Shown: positions 13,795-26,909 of the stretch, one piece after another | Numbering within the stretch: position 1 is the first letter of the stretch | How the letters are laid out: each line of letters begins with the position of its first letter | Assembly: GCF_006345805.1 (NCBI RefSeq) | Contig: NW_021832383.1 | Location: 1 to 64,000, forward strand | Direction of reading: 5' to 3' | Source: Octopus sinensis | Taxonomy: Eukaryota | DNA: 64,000 bases | Notes under the pieces: model-generated | What the model saw: the letters and a program-made list of their open reading frames with translations, nothing else | What the model was told of the DNA's origin: nothing | The model's database searches: none | Made by a program: the position numbers and the translations under genes

Positions 13795-14020
13795 CATATA
13801 TATATATACATATATACATATATATATGATTAATAATAATGCACATATGTATGTTATCATTAACATTAATTTAATGTATAAATTGCCTATAAATTTTTAT
13901 AGCATGCTGACTACCTGATAAAAGTCATTAACGTGATTTGTATCCTTATATTCTTATATACATACATATGTATATACATGCATATATATACATATATATA
14001 TATACACTTGTGCGTATGTA

Positions 14021-14062
<42 letters not shown>

Positions 14063-14151
14063 TACACACAAGTGTATACATATATACGCATATATTTGTG
14101 TGTGTGTGTGTGTCTGTGTCTGTGTGTGTATGTGTGGGTGTGTGTGTGTGT

Positions 14152-14200
<49 letters not shown>

Positions 14201-14495
14201 CCACATCTGTTTTTTTCTATTTATGCTATAAAAACGCTTCGACAACCCGAAAAGCTTTATAATGAGGTCCAGTTGGAAATAAATTAGTGAGGAGACATAA
14301 AGGGCTAAAAAAAATAGATAACTGCATTTACCTCCAGCATGGCCGCAATCCAATGATTGAAGCCTGCTAAATGAGTGAAAGAGAGAAACTTTAATAAGTT
14401 GCCGTATCTGTTTCTGAAATGATGGGTTTTCGTCGTTAAACGAAGCGGACTTTGTTGCTTGGTAACTAAATTCCCTGTCACTGAATTAACGTGTC

Positions 14496-15022
14496 AGTGT
14501 CTGAGTATTCCTCAGATCCATGTGCCATTCCAGCTGTGACCATCAGTGTCTGAGTATTCCTCAGATCCGTGTGCCATTAATGTGCCATTCCAGCTGTGAC
14601 CATCACACCCGTTTTTTTATTTTTCAGACATAGTGTATCTAAGACTACGCTATCGAATGAGTCCTATAATTTCCAAAGATAGTAGAATGTAATTTGAATT
14701 AATGTGTAAGTGTCTGAGTATTCCTCAGATCCGTGTGCCATTAATGTAGGACATTCCAGCTGTGACCATCACACCCGTTTTTTTTTTTCAGACATAGTGT
14801 ATCTAAGACTACGCTATCGAATGAGTCCTATAATTTCCAAAGATAGTAGAATGTAATTTGAATTAATGTGTAAGTGTCTGAGTATTCCTCAGATCCGTGT
14901 GCCATTAATGTAGGACATTCCAGCTGTGACCATCACACCCGTTTTTTTTTCAGACATAGTGTATCTAAGACTACGCTATCGAATGAGTCCTATAATTTTC
15001 AAAGATAGTAGAATGTAATTTA
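14496..15022. repeat. Tandem ~165-bp repeat (about 3 copies plus a short internal duplication)
   Basis: GTGTCTGAGTATTCCTCAGATCC recurs four times; resembles a decayed family D segment. Confidence 0.85.
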
Positions 15023-15034
15023 TTTTCTTTTGTT

Positions 15035-15429
15035 TTTTATTTGTTTCAGTCATTAGACTGCGGTCATGCTGGGGCACCGCTTTGAAGAACTTTTTAGTCG
15101 GATGAGTCAACCCCAGTACTCTTTATTTTTAAGCCTGGTATTAATTATATCGATATCTTTGCCGAACCTTTCGGTCACGAGGACGTAAACACATTAACAC
15201 CGGTTGTCAAGCGGTAGTGGGGGCAAACAGACACATACACACATATACATCATCTATATACACACACACGACGGGCTTCTTTCAGTTTCCGGCTAACCAA
15301 ATCTACTCACAAGGCTTTGGTCGGCCCGAGGCTATATTAGAAGATATTTGCCCAACATGCCACGCAGTGAGACTGAACCCAGAACTATGTGGTTGGGAAG
15401 TAAGCTTCTTACCCCACAGCCACGCCTGA
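15035..15429 (-). mobile_element. Family A SINE, diverged
   Basis: Complete two-part structure. Confidence 0.8.
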
Positions 15430-15584
15430 ACCTCAAAATTTTACGCTATTTTTCTTGGAAACCCAGTTATAATAAATGATAAGTATAGTTATTCTTAATA
15501 TGTTCCGGCAGGTCTGATCGCAAAATACGCTCGTCGCTGTTGTATATGTCACTGGAGAATAATTTCCCTCCTTTACAATAAATG

Positions 15585-16678
15585 TGTTTACGTAAAACTT
15601 TACAATGAATGACTAATGATTAATGATTGCCGATCATCTGGTCTGGTTTTAATAAAACAATTTTCTCATTAATATTCAGAGTGGATTGACGTGTAAGTCA
15701 AGCGCCTCAAGCGGTCTCGTTCGTTCGGAAACGTACATGAATGATGGCGGTTTTGTTTCTCGACGACATAGTGTATTCTGTGTTTTATGAATTATTAAAA
15801 TCTTCGAATAAAACCTGGAGATATAGAATAATAAAAAGAAAGACAGAAAAGATCTTTATACACAACATGCGAAACACCGGTCTCAAATACATAAGCATAT
15901 ATATGGATGCATTGTGCGGAAAATGTTATTTACGAACACACTGCCGACGTAAAAGAGAAGTAGTCCTCCTATGACAATAAGTGTGTTCATAATAGACTTG
16001 GTTCATTAGCGCCAGGGATTCTGGGACACCCATATTTCGATGGGTTGTGTCTTGTCAGCCATAAGCAGCCGCAGACCTTTTGAGCCTAAACAAGCCGCTG
16101 CCTTTGTTTATAACTTCAGCGAACAAAACTGTTTGCTGATCAGTATTTATATCTGCCAGCCAATAATAAAAAAAAAAACTATTCATTCTACTGTGTACAA
16201 TGAGATCTGAAAAGATGATTTGTATATTCGATCTTAATACGTCTTGACAGGTTTGAACGCAGAATATGTTAGTCGCTGTCGTGTAGATCATAAGAGGACA
16301 ATTCTCTCTTTTACGTCGACAATATGTTCGTAAATAACATTCTCCGCACAATGCGTCCATATATATGCTTATGTATTTGAGACCGGTGTTTCGCATGTTG
16401 TGTATAAAGATCTCTTCTGTCTTTCTATTCATTATTCTATATCTCCGGGTTGTATTCAAAGTTTTTAACCATTCATAAAACACAGAATACACTATGTCGT
16501 CGAGAAACAAAACCGCCATCATTCATGTACGTTTCCGAACGAACGAGACCGCTTGAGGTGCTTGACTTACACGTCAATCCACTCTGAATATTAATGAGAA
16601 AATTGTTTTATTCAAACCAGACCAGATGACCGGCAATCATTAATCATTAGTCATTCATTGAAAAGTTTTACGTAAACA
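15585..16678. repeat. Long inverted repeat: arms 15585-15974 and 16288-16678, ~313-bp spacer
   Basis: Arms reverse-complementary at roughly 90% by eye; the ORF track shows the same MMAVLFLDDIVYSVFYE on both strands. Confidence 0.92.
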
Positions 16679-17159
16679 GTGAAAAAGATTAGTCTGTGTG
16701 TGTTTTTTGACTCACTGTAGTCCTTTCCTGCTTATCATACGATAATAGATGATAGATGTATTTCAAGATGGCGGAGGAGGAAATATTCGGATGAAGAGCA
16801 GATTATATTAAACTGTTCATATAATAAAGTAATGAAGTTGTCAGGAAATGTCTAGCAATTTGCTATGATATATTGTCTAATCCAGATGTTGTCTTGTCTT
16901 CTCTTCTCTTAGCACAGATAAGATGGAAGTCTTTCTCTAGCAAAAGAAAAATGTCGTAGCTTCTGCATTATTTCAATTTACGTATCCGACATTTTCTTAT
17001 TTCTTCAACTTTCTTGTTTAATTTTCCGTTTCTTTTCTTTGTTTTTTTTTTTTGTTTTTTTCCTTCTCTTTTAAGTTCTTCTTTTGTGGAAAATAATTAT
17101 TTGTTAATAAAATTTTGTAAACGTTTCGCCATATTCTTGCTGCTGTAGTTATTTGTGGT

Positions 17160-17250
17160 AGTGGCGGCGGCGGCGGTGGCGGCGGTGGCGGCGGTGGCGG
17201 CGGTGGCGGCGGTGGCGGCGGTGGCGGCGGTGGCGGCGGTGGCGGCGGTT
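17160..17250. repeat. (GGCGGCGGT)n repeat
   Basis: Direct inspection. Confidence 0.9.
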
Positions 17251-17437
17251 GGTGGTGATGGTTGTGCTCGTTATTGTTGCTGTTCATGATGATGATGATG
17301 ATGTTGGTGGTGATGGTTGTTGTTGTTAGTGGAGGTGGTGGTGGTGGTGGTTGGTGGTGGCTACGGTGGTGGTGATGGTTGTTGTTGGTGGTGGAGGAGA
17401 AGGTGGTGGTGATGGTCAGCTCGTTTTTGTTACTAAC

Positions 17438-17817
17438 TGGCACTCCGTCGGTTACGACGATGAGTGTTCCAGCTGATCCGATCAACAGAACAATCCGCAC
17501 GTGAAATTAAGGTGCAAGTGGCTGAGAACTCCACAGACACGTGTACCCTTAACGTAGTTCTCGGGAGAGATTCAGCGTGACACAGAGTGTGACAAGGCTG
17601 GCCCCCTTTGAATTACAGGTACTACTTCATTTTTTACCAGCTGAGAGACTGGAGCAACATGAAATAAAACGTCTTGCTCACGGACACAACGTGTCGCCGG
17701 GAATAAGTACTGGGCTTACAAAGAATAAGTTCCGGGGTCGATTTGATCGACTAAAGGCGGTGCTCCAGCATGGCCGCAGTCAAATGACTGAAACAAGTAA
17801 AAGAGTAAAAGAGAGAG
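17438..17817. mobile_element. Family D SINE 3' part (minus) joined to a family A 3' part (plus)
   Basis: GCACTCCGTCGGTTACGACG tail, then GGGCTTACAAAGAATAAG...GAAACAAGTAAAAGAG. Confidence 0.7.
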
Positions 17818-18361
17818 AGTAACACCTCTAAATGGGACAAAAGTGTTTTGAAGAAATCACACAGCAATTAAATTGTACTTCGATAAATTTCCTTATTTAA
17901 TGCCAAACCCGTGGACACAAGGCTGCGGGAGGGAAGAGCAAAACAATTTGGTTCCTTATAGACTTGTTAACTATGATGTACTATTTCCTGTTAACGCTAA
18001 AGAAGAGCAGATAAAATTAATTGAGTCACTTAAAAGCGACTATAAATACTCATCGCCCGTTCTATAGTCACTAACTTCTCTGAACTGACTGTAAAGATTG
18101 TACAAGACATCGTTGGATAATAAATAATAAGAAATAATGATGTGTGATTCTGTGAGATCTCTTAATGAGGGCAGGCGGTAAAAACGTTGCCTGCGAAGAG
18201 AATAGAGATTGATTAATAATCTGCTCTGCCCTCGTGCATTCTCGTTCTCATTCTTCCTTTCTTTCCTTCCTTCTTCCTTCCTTTCTTTCTTTCTCTGTCT
18301 CTCCCTTTCCCCTCTCTCTCTGTATATATATATGTATAGAGTATATATATACATATATATA

Positions 18362-18393
<32 letters not shown>

Positions 18394-18602
18394 TATATTA
18401 CATATTTATAACATATATATATACTCTATATATATAGGATATATACAGTATATACATATATACATAATATATATCATATATATACCTAATATATATATAC
18501 ATATATATATATATATAATATGTGTATATATATAACCATATATATATACATTATATATATATACACATACTATATACATATATATAATATAGAATATATA
18601 TG

Positions 18603-18640
<38 letters not shown>

Positions 18641-19668
18641 TATATATATACATATCTATATATACATATAGATTACATACATACATAATATATATATAAC
18701 ATATATATACATGACATACATACATACCTAATATATATTTATATATCTTATATATATTAGCATATATAGAATTGAGACTGATTATGTATTAGCCCACTTA
18801 TTCTCATTCTTTTCCCTTTCTTTTCCTTCTTTCTCTTCCTCTTTCTCCCTCTCTCCATCTCTCTCTCTATCTCTCTCTCCGACTCTCTTTATCTCTAACT
18901 CTTTAATTCTCTCTGCTTCTTTATGGCTGGTTGTGTATTTGAGCGTCTTGTGTATATTTTAAAGCACATTCAAAGATACTCGTTAGTGGGGGCGTGTGTG
19001 TGCGTGTGCATGCATCTTGGCAACAACTTTCTCTCTATATATATATACTATATATACGAACGTAGATACATACACACATATAAACATACATATATACGTG
19101 TATATATATATATATATAATCTATCTATATATATATATATGCATACATGCGTACATACATATATATATATATATGCGTACACACATACTTACATACACAG
19201 ATACACACACACGTACATAAATGCAGGCATATTTGTGTGTGTAAGTGTCTTTGTTGCTATGTATTTACTTATATGTGTTCCTGTATGTGCACATCTAAAT
19301 GTAAGTACATATATATATACGCACGTATGTATGTATATACATATACATATATGTGTGCGTATGTTCATACATATATATGTATATCTATATATACATATAT
19401 ACATATATACATACATACATTCATACATACATGCATGCATGCATACATACATACATACATACATACATGCATACATATATACATACATACATGCATACAT
19501 ACATACATACATACATACATACATGCATACATACATACATATATGCATACATACATACATACATGCATATATACATACATAGATACATGCATGCAGCATA
19601 CATACATACATACATACATACATACATACATACATACATACATACATACATACATACATACATACGTG

Positions 19669-19710
<42 letters not shown>

Positions 19711-19842
19711 AGAGAGGGGAAAGAGAGTGAGGAAGAGAGGGGAGAGAGAGTGGGGGAGAGATAAACTAGATCATACGATCGAAGAAATCCATGATGTTAA
19801 GAACAAAGCAGATTTATTTCAGTCGGCTTTTCGATACAAATT

Positions 19843-19880
19843 GGCCATTATGTTTCGACTATCGCCTCTTCAGAGAAAGC
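19843..19880 (-). ncRNA. Hammerhead core without stem I
   Basis: CTGAAGA-GGC(GATA)GTC-GAAAC-ATA; no pairing flank found. Confidence 0.4.
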
Positions 19881-20642
19881 TAAAAATTACTTAATGTTTT
19901 CGTCATAGATGATTATTCGGAGTAAGATATGTATAAAACAAAAAGAAAACATACTTTTAAAATGTGTGTGTGTGTGTAAATAAAGCGAATATGGGAGATA
20001 AAGGAGGTGGCGTAGGGGTGGGATTAAGATGAGAGAAAAAAAACATGAAGGAGAATAGAAAAGATGAGAAACGGAAGGGAAAAAAATACAATGGAAAGAC
20101 GTCGTTAGTGGAAGCAGCTTGGTAAGAGATTTAAATGACACCGATTGAAAATGGAAGGAAGATGTAAGATGAAGGGTTTGTGATGAGGAGGTGGAGAAGA
20201 GGTATTTTGAAAAAAAGAAAACCGCAAAACTGTAAAGAATATGTTGGGAAAAAGATATTGCGAAAAAAAATATAAAAGTCGTTAAGTTTGTCATACGAAG
20301 TAAAAGTTACAAGAAATAATAAGAATTGAACCGTCGACAATCAGCTTCGCTGATGAGAGATTGATATGCGTTTATTTTCTCAGAGATGTGAATTTAAATG
20401 GAGAAAAGGAGATAATTTGAATAATTTTTGTATCGGAATTCTCGGCAAGTTCCGCTGAGATGATCTTTGAAGTTTATAAATTGGTAAATAAATAAATAAA
20501 TATTTGAAATGTTTGATCGACTGAAGTCGTCTGCTCGAATACTAAGATGACAGATATTGTCAAGCGGTTAAATATGGCGTACTTGGTTTACACGTACAGA
20601 GAGCGATATATACAATGCATATACAGACCGGTAAAAAGAAAA

Positions 20643-21073
20643 GTGGCTGTAGGATAAGAAGCTTGCTTCCCAATCACATGGTCCCCGGTTCAGTTCCACT
20701 GCGTGACAACTTGAGCCAGTGATTCCGACTCTTTTCTGGGAATGACGAAAGACTTGTGGGCGGATTTGGTAGTCACAGTTGAAAGAAGTCTGTTATATAT
20801 ATTATATATATCATGAGACGCCATGATAGATCGTTAGCCACTACACACATTTTTTTCTCTCCCTGTTTTCTGTGTCCCTTTCTGTAGAAGTGCGTAGGCT
20901 CGAAACGTAAAAGACTTTTTCTATTCCTGAGCGTTATACTAATACAGCTGTTTGTTTTGTACACCACCTGTCTTCGTCTTTTGTTGTTGTTTTTCGTCAA
21001 CTCTCCCTATTTATGTATATATATGTGTGTGTGTGTGTGTGTGTGGTGTGTGTGTGTGTGTGTGTGTGTGTGA

Positions 21074-21123
<50 letters not shown>

Positions 21124-21318
21124 CTGTGTGTGTATATGTGTGTGTGTGTGTGCGCGCGCGCAGGAATGGCTGTGTGGTAAGAAGCTTGCTTCCCAAACAT
21201 GGTTCCGGGTTCAGTCCCACTACGTGGCACCTTGGGCAAGTGTCTTCTACTGTAGTTTCGGGCGGACCAAAGGCTTGTGAATAGATATAGTAGACGGAAA
21301 CTGAAAGAAACCCGTCGT
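20643..21318 (+). mobile_element. Two family A 5' halves flanking an HHR-like repeat (about 20820-21005)
   Basis: Heads at 20643 and 21161; nested CATGATAGATCGTTAGC element. Confidence 0.7.
20877..20915 (+). ncRNA. Hammerhead-like motif (CTGTAGA core) in a ~200-bp repeat
   Basis: CCTTT-CTGTAGA-A-GTGC(GTAG)GCTC-GAAAC-GTA-AAAGA; second copy at 60753-60790. Confidence 0.45.
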
Positions 21319-21369
21319 ATATATATATATGTATGTGTGTGCCTATGTATATATAGTTGGAATTTACAA

Positions 21370-21850
21370 ATTTGAAGATACCCTAATAGTGGGGGGAAAA
21401 TTTGAAGCTATTCTTGCAGGAAGAAGTCAGATACAACAACTTACAAGCGCAGAACTAAGCAATGTAGATGTTGTCAAGCATTCGTGTGAAAATTGTGGAC
21501 GAATGCACCCACCAAGAAAGTGCCCTGCATACAATGATTCCTGCAACTTCTGCAACAAAAAGGGACACCGGAAAAAATTCTGTCATCAACGTAATAATCA
21601 AGATAGAACAAGGCAGAAAATTCCATATTATAGAATCAAGCTACAAGGCTCATACTGACTCAGGCGATGAGAACGGTTATCCTTACCACCGCATACAAAT
21701 TTCAAGCATGCAAAATGAAGCATTTGCAACATTGGATATCATATGTCCACAGAGAGAAAAGGTACGACAAATAATATTAAAGGTCGATACGGGAGCAGCA
21801 GGCAACACACTGCCAATGTGTGCATATCGCCAGATGTACAAATCAACTAT
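21370..21850 (+). pseudogene. Ty3/gypsy LTR-retrotransposon gag zinc knuckles and aspartic protease fragment
   Basis: CENCGRMHPPRKC...CNFCNKKGHRKKFC, then LKVDTGAAGN in another frame. Confidence 0.8.
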
Positions 21851-22314
21851 TATCAAAATTTCAGCCAAGTTTATGTTCCAAATATGTTAAATTTATATTC
21901 CAGTCACCAGCTTAATAACGACAAAGTTATTTTACTAAATTCCGCACAATTTTCTAAATTAATTGAATGAAAGGCGAAATATTTCAACGGAAATATGGTA
22001 ACAAAAGGATGAACTCTTTTGACACCAGTCTCCCGAGGTTGACCCTGGTTCTATGTTACAAACTTACTGTTTTAAAGTGATTTCATGCTAATTTGTGTTT
22101 CATAAACCAGCTTATTGATGACAAAGGTATTTTATAATATTGCTCATTATTTTCAGAATTAATTGAAACAAAAGCAGTGTATTTGAACAGTAATATGGTA
22201 ACAAAAGGATTAATGTTGCTTTTCTTCCCCCTTTCTTTAACCCGTCTTTTCGAATTCCATGTTTTACATATAGCGATTGCTAACTTCCATCAAGAATATC
22301 GTGATGTCTGCGAC

Positions 22315-22351
<37 letters not shown>

Positions 22352-24024
22352 AATATTCGCTATTATGGCAGGCAGTCATTTAACTGTTATAAATATTGCA
22401 TCAAAAGAGAACATGAAACGATAGAAACGGAATTCATAGAAATACTTGAAGTTTTCTTCAGATAATACTACTATCACATTATCCGCCAACCTACTCAGCT
22501 AAATCGATTTCAATCTGTACATCTGTAGAAGCAAACCTCAATGTTTCAACTTTTATTTCGTGTTTCGATGGATCAAATAGCGTTTCATTCAAAAAGAACT
22601 CGAAATTGGCTTAGCTAAAGTATTAACATGTCTAACTAAAGATTTACCAATGTATTGCCGTCTTTCTTCCAGTTCAATAATACACGAAATTAGCTGAGGA
22701 CTTGGTCTAATGCATCATAATATCGAAACATCGCAGAAGAAATCTTATATTCATTTGTAATAAATCTCTCCTTCAAAGGTTTTATCCCTGGCACAAAGCA
22801 TGGCTTCTTCTTTTACATTAATTATTTGGATAGGAATTAAGGCTGAAAAATCGATAAACAAACTTCAAAGAATTCGTAACGGGAAATATTATTTTTATAG
22901 CCGCTGCTAACGATATTTCTATTGACTCTATATTTGTTGAACTCCTGTTACGTAACATTGTGTAAGCTGTGATGTGACAGGTCAATTAATCGTTTCTTGA
23001 ACGGAGGATTATGACACCGGAATACTTAAAAACTAATGTTTTTACTTACTGTGGACAGTAAAACTACAAGAGACGTGTTTGCTGAACTCTAAGCCATTGA
23101 GTGAGTCTTGATGTAGTCGCACGACAAGCTAGAAATAGCAAGCAAATTCACTTCGAATCACACTTTACTGTCTTTAAAATTAATATATTTAAGGATATAA
23201 GTGTCTGGGTGCTTTGCCAGGTTATCGGCCCTTGACTGCTAAACTATGTCGTAGGGGCACCGTCGTGATATATGGTGGGACTTAAAAGATCTGGTGGAGT
23301 TCATCCATCACCAGATCTTATCACTGCTGATTTCTCCAAAGAAACAAACAAACACAAACAAACAAACAAACAAACAAACAAAGAAACAAACAAAGGATCA
23401 TACCCTTTGATTATACCCTCTTCCATCAAGGTCGGCCCTAGGGCTAATAAACTTCAGCTACGAATAGGAATGAATCCAATCTCCGAACCCTACACCGTTT
23501 CTATATGGCCCACTGCTTGGGGTTTCTAAATAATCCTTCTAGTTGTTATTTTAAAACAAAAACTCTGTAAGGAGCCACACAGTTAATATTTGTTGTCAAA
23601 CAACCAGCAGACAGCAGGAAACTGATATGAGGCTGCATTAAGTTTATTTCCCTGAACAGAACATGGTTTAAAATTAAAACTTGCAACCAAAGTGTAATTT
23701 AATCGTACGGTTGTGAGGGAGAATATTCTCTTAGTGGAACGAGTGATATACTTCGCCAGAAAAGCCGAAGTACATGAACAAGTTGCTTGAATATTTGTTT
23801 AAAGTATTTAAACAACACAGATATTTTAAGCAATGACACAAATACTCCATGTTAGCTTATTTGACCTCGTTACATATTATGCGCCTCTGTAAATATTACA
23901 TTTAGCTGTTACCCGGACTAGAAATAAATGGGTGCGTGAGTAAGGGTGTACGGTTGCACAAATGATTAAGAGGTCGATAGAAAATTTATAATGCTGCAGT
24001 GAAAATAAATACTAAACAAGACTA

Positions 24025-24780
24025 ACAGAACTTGTCTCCCAAACGGTGACCTGTTTCGCCCACGTCTAGTGCAGTGCGTGGTTTGCGAGCTACGGAGTGA
24101 ATTAGTTAGAATAGGGCTTTGTAGAGTAGGCTTTGTATGAGTGATGAAGGGACAAATAAGGTACTGAGTCTGGGACCATGGGGGGATGTCAGGCGTGGGC
24201 GAGAGAATTACTGACTAAAATGTTGCATTGATCCGCATCTCTTCCTAAGAATAGAAGTGGAGGTTTGGAGAAGATGGAGGCGGACTCGAATAGCAGAAAG
24301 TAAACGCTGCGAAGGTGGGAGTGCTGAAGAGACCAAGAGTGTCAGGGTGGAATCTGAGTGGGAGGAAACCCAAACTTTGAAAAGGAAAGTCCTAGCGTGA
24401 GTGCCACAGTATGGTTGGAGAGGAGGGGGCTCGGTGGAGGGACGCCCACCTCGACAATGTTGATGTATTCGCTTTTAACACATTTGTTTCGTCTTGGATA
24501 CAGCGTCAGAGTTTTGTTGCAAAGACGGTGGAGCTGGAGCAATGGTGAGAAAGGGTTGGTAAAATTTGATGTGGGATAGGCAGAGAAGAAAAGTCAAGGA
24601 AGGAGTAAGAATCTGTGTGTTTGTTGTAGTAGTAATAGTGTCCAGAAAATTCTCCGTAAACATTTTTGCCATTGAAAACTTTGCCCCATGAAAGAGTCAC
24701 ACAAACAGACTGTAAAGTAGGGAACTAATTCTAAAGAAATTACCATTCTCTAATTGGTAGGGTGGTTGATGAAGTTGTCA
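24025..24780 (-). pseudogene. Heavily decayed Penelope-like element (RT C-terminus to GIY-YIG)
   Basis: Frameshifted motifs YYNKHTDSYSFLDFSS, LLQLHRLCN and VGETGHRLGDKF. Confidence 0.6.
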
Positions 24781-24827
24781 TTTTAAGAAAACAGCTAAAT
24801 CATTTTGGATTTTGGGGGTGGTTTACT

Positions 24828-25043
24828 CTTTACTCTTTTACTTGTTTCGGTCATTTGACTGTGGCCATGCTGGAGCACCGCCTTTAGTCGAGCAAATCGA
24901 CCCCGGGACTTATTCTTTGTAAGCCCAGTACTTACTCTATCGGTCTCTTTTGCCGAACCGCTAAGTAACGGGGACATAAACACACCAGCATCGGTTGTCA
25001 AGCAATGCTAGGGGGACAAACACAGACACACAACACACACACA

Positions 25044-25129
<86 letters not shown>

Positions 25130-25370
25130 TATATACATATATATATATATAATATATATATTATATATATATATATAATATATATATATATAAATATATA
25201 TACATATATACGACGGGCTTCTTTCAGTTTCCGTCTACCAAATCCACTCACAAGGCTTGGTCGGCCCGAGGCTATAGTAGACAACACTTGCCCAAGGTGC
25301 CACGCAGTGGGACTGAACCCGGAACCATGTGGTTGGTAGACAAGCTACTTACCACACAACCACTCCTGCA
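24828..25370 (-). mobile_element. Family A SINE
   Basis: Complete, long internal (TA)n. Confidence 0.88.
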
Positions 25371-25944
25371 CCTTTCCAATTTATTTTGTTACCGTGAATT
25401 TTTTTTTCCCACGGCAAATATGTTTAAGGCTAAATTTCCTATAACCGTAATAGAGAATGGTGTGGAGAGGTGAAGGGTATCGAAGGGGGTAGAGGTGTCT
25501 CAATTGGCGTCACCAGCGGGAAATTAGACCAACCTTATCTCCAATGTTGAAAACATTTATGGCCGAGGTCCTAATGTGGAAGAAAGACATTTGATTGGTT
25601 TCGTCGAAGGAAACGCTCGGTTTCGACGCGTGTTTGAAACTCATCTACAAAGGATCGAATCGCTCAGCACCAGTAAAGACTATAAAAACTAAGAACTGTA
25701 TGCATCGCTCTCATGGGCCTGTGAATGAAAGGGAAAATGACCAAAGAATTGGTGGAGCAACCGCACTTTATAGTTGGTAAAAAAAAACACGAAGAATAGC
25801 GGTTTAAGATAATGGATGTATAAGACTACTGAATGGAGGAATTTGGGATGGTTGGGATAGGGGGAAAAAAAGACGGAAGGAATGTCCAACGTCAGGGTCG
25901 AAACTGAGTTGTTTTGGGGAACATGGACTGAGTAGGGAGCATTC

Positions 25945-26175
25945 CGTTTCTTTATTACCCACAAGGGCTAAACATAGAGGAGACAAACAAGGACAGACAA
26001 AGGATTTAGTCGATTACATCGACCCCAGTGCGTAACTGGTACTTAATTTATCGACCCCGAAAGGATGAAAGGCAAAGTCGACCTCGGCGGAATTTGAACT
26101 CAGAACGTAACGGCAGACGAAATACCGCTAAGCATTTCGCCCGGCATGCTAACGGTTCTGCCAGCTCGCCGCCTT
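25945..26175 (-). mobile_element. Family B SINE with 14-bp TSD AGTAGGGAGCATTC
   Basis: TSD at 25931-25944 and 26176-26189. Confidence 0.92.
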
Positions 26176-26545
26176 AGTAGGGAGCATTCGTAGATGAGAA
26201 GAGGCCGCGGGCGGAAGTTCGATTCGTGAGCGGGAAGTGACAGATTATTCCGGTAAGGAGGCGAAAGGTTGAGAATGGAGAGTAAGACTATGTGCAATGA
26301 TGTGAAGATGGAGACAAAGGCGGCTGAGGAAGCGAGTGGGACTAGAAAAATTGTGGTTTTGTTAAAGATGATGGTGAGAAGATTTAGAGTTGCGTGGCAA
26401 CAGGGTGAAGGCTATGTGAAGTATATATCTTTTGAGATCGTGTAACTCTAGACAGATCGATACAAAAACATATATGTGTGTGTGTGTGTGTGCGTGTGTG
26501 TATCCACACACATACATATATATGTATGTATATGTATATATATAT

Positions 26546-26594
<49 letters not shown>

Positions 26595-26611
26595 TATATA
26601 TACATATATAT

Positions 26612-26657
<46 letters not shown>

Positions 26658-26844
26658 GGAAAAAGATATGGCTCATGTTCATACATCTTACACACAAGCT
26701 AAGTACACTATCTCCATTCACACACATATATATATTATATATATACATACATACATACATACATACATACATAAATACATACATGTATAAATATGTATAC
26801 ATATACATACATATATATATATATATATATGCATATATATGTGT

Positions 26845-26909
<65 letters not shown>

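Noticed and set aside
15845-15890. CAGAA(A/G)A…GC-GAAAC-ACCG-GTC in the long inverted repeat arms
   Set aside because: Stems I and II do not form beyond 1-2 bp
20345-20370. CTGATGAG motif
   Set aside because: Part of a simple ATCAGC/GCTGAT hairpin; no GAAA or stem II
24325-24350. CTGAAGA-GAC..GTC
   Set aside because: Followed by AGGG, not GAAA
25600-26460. Third Penelope remnant around the 25945 SINE
   Set aside because: Only vague motif echoes (FHP, QPPL, LIYEC); too degraded to support
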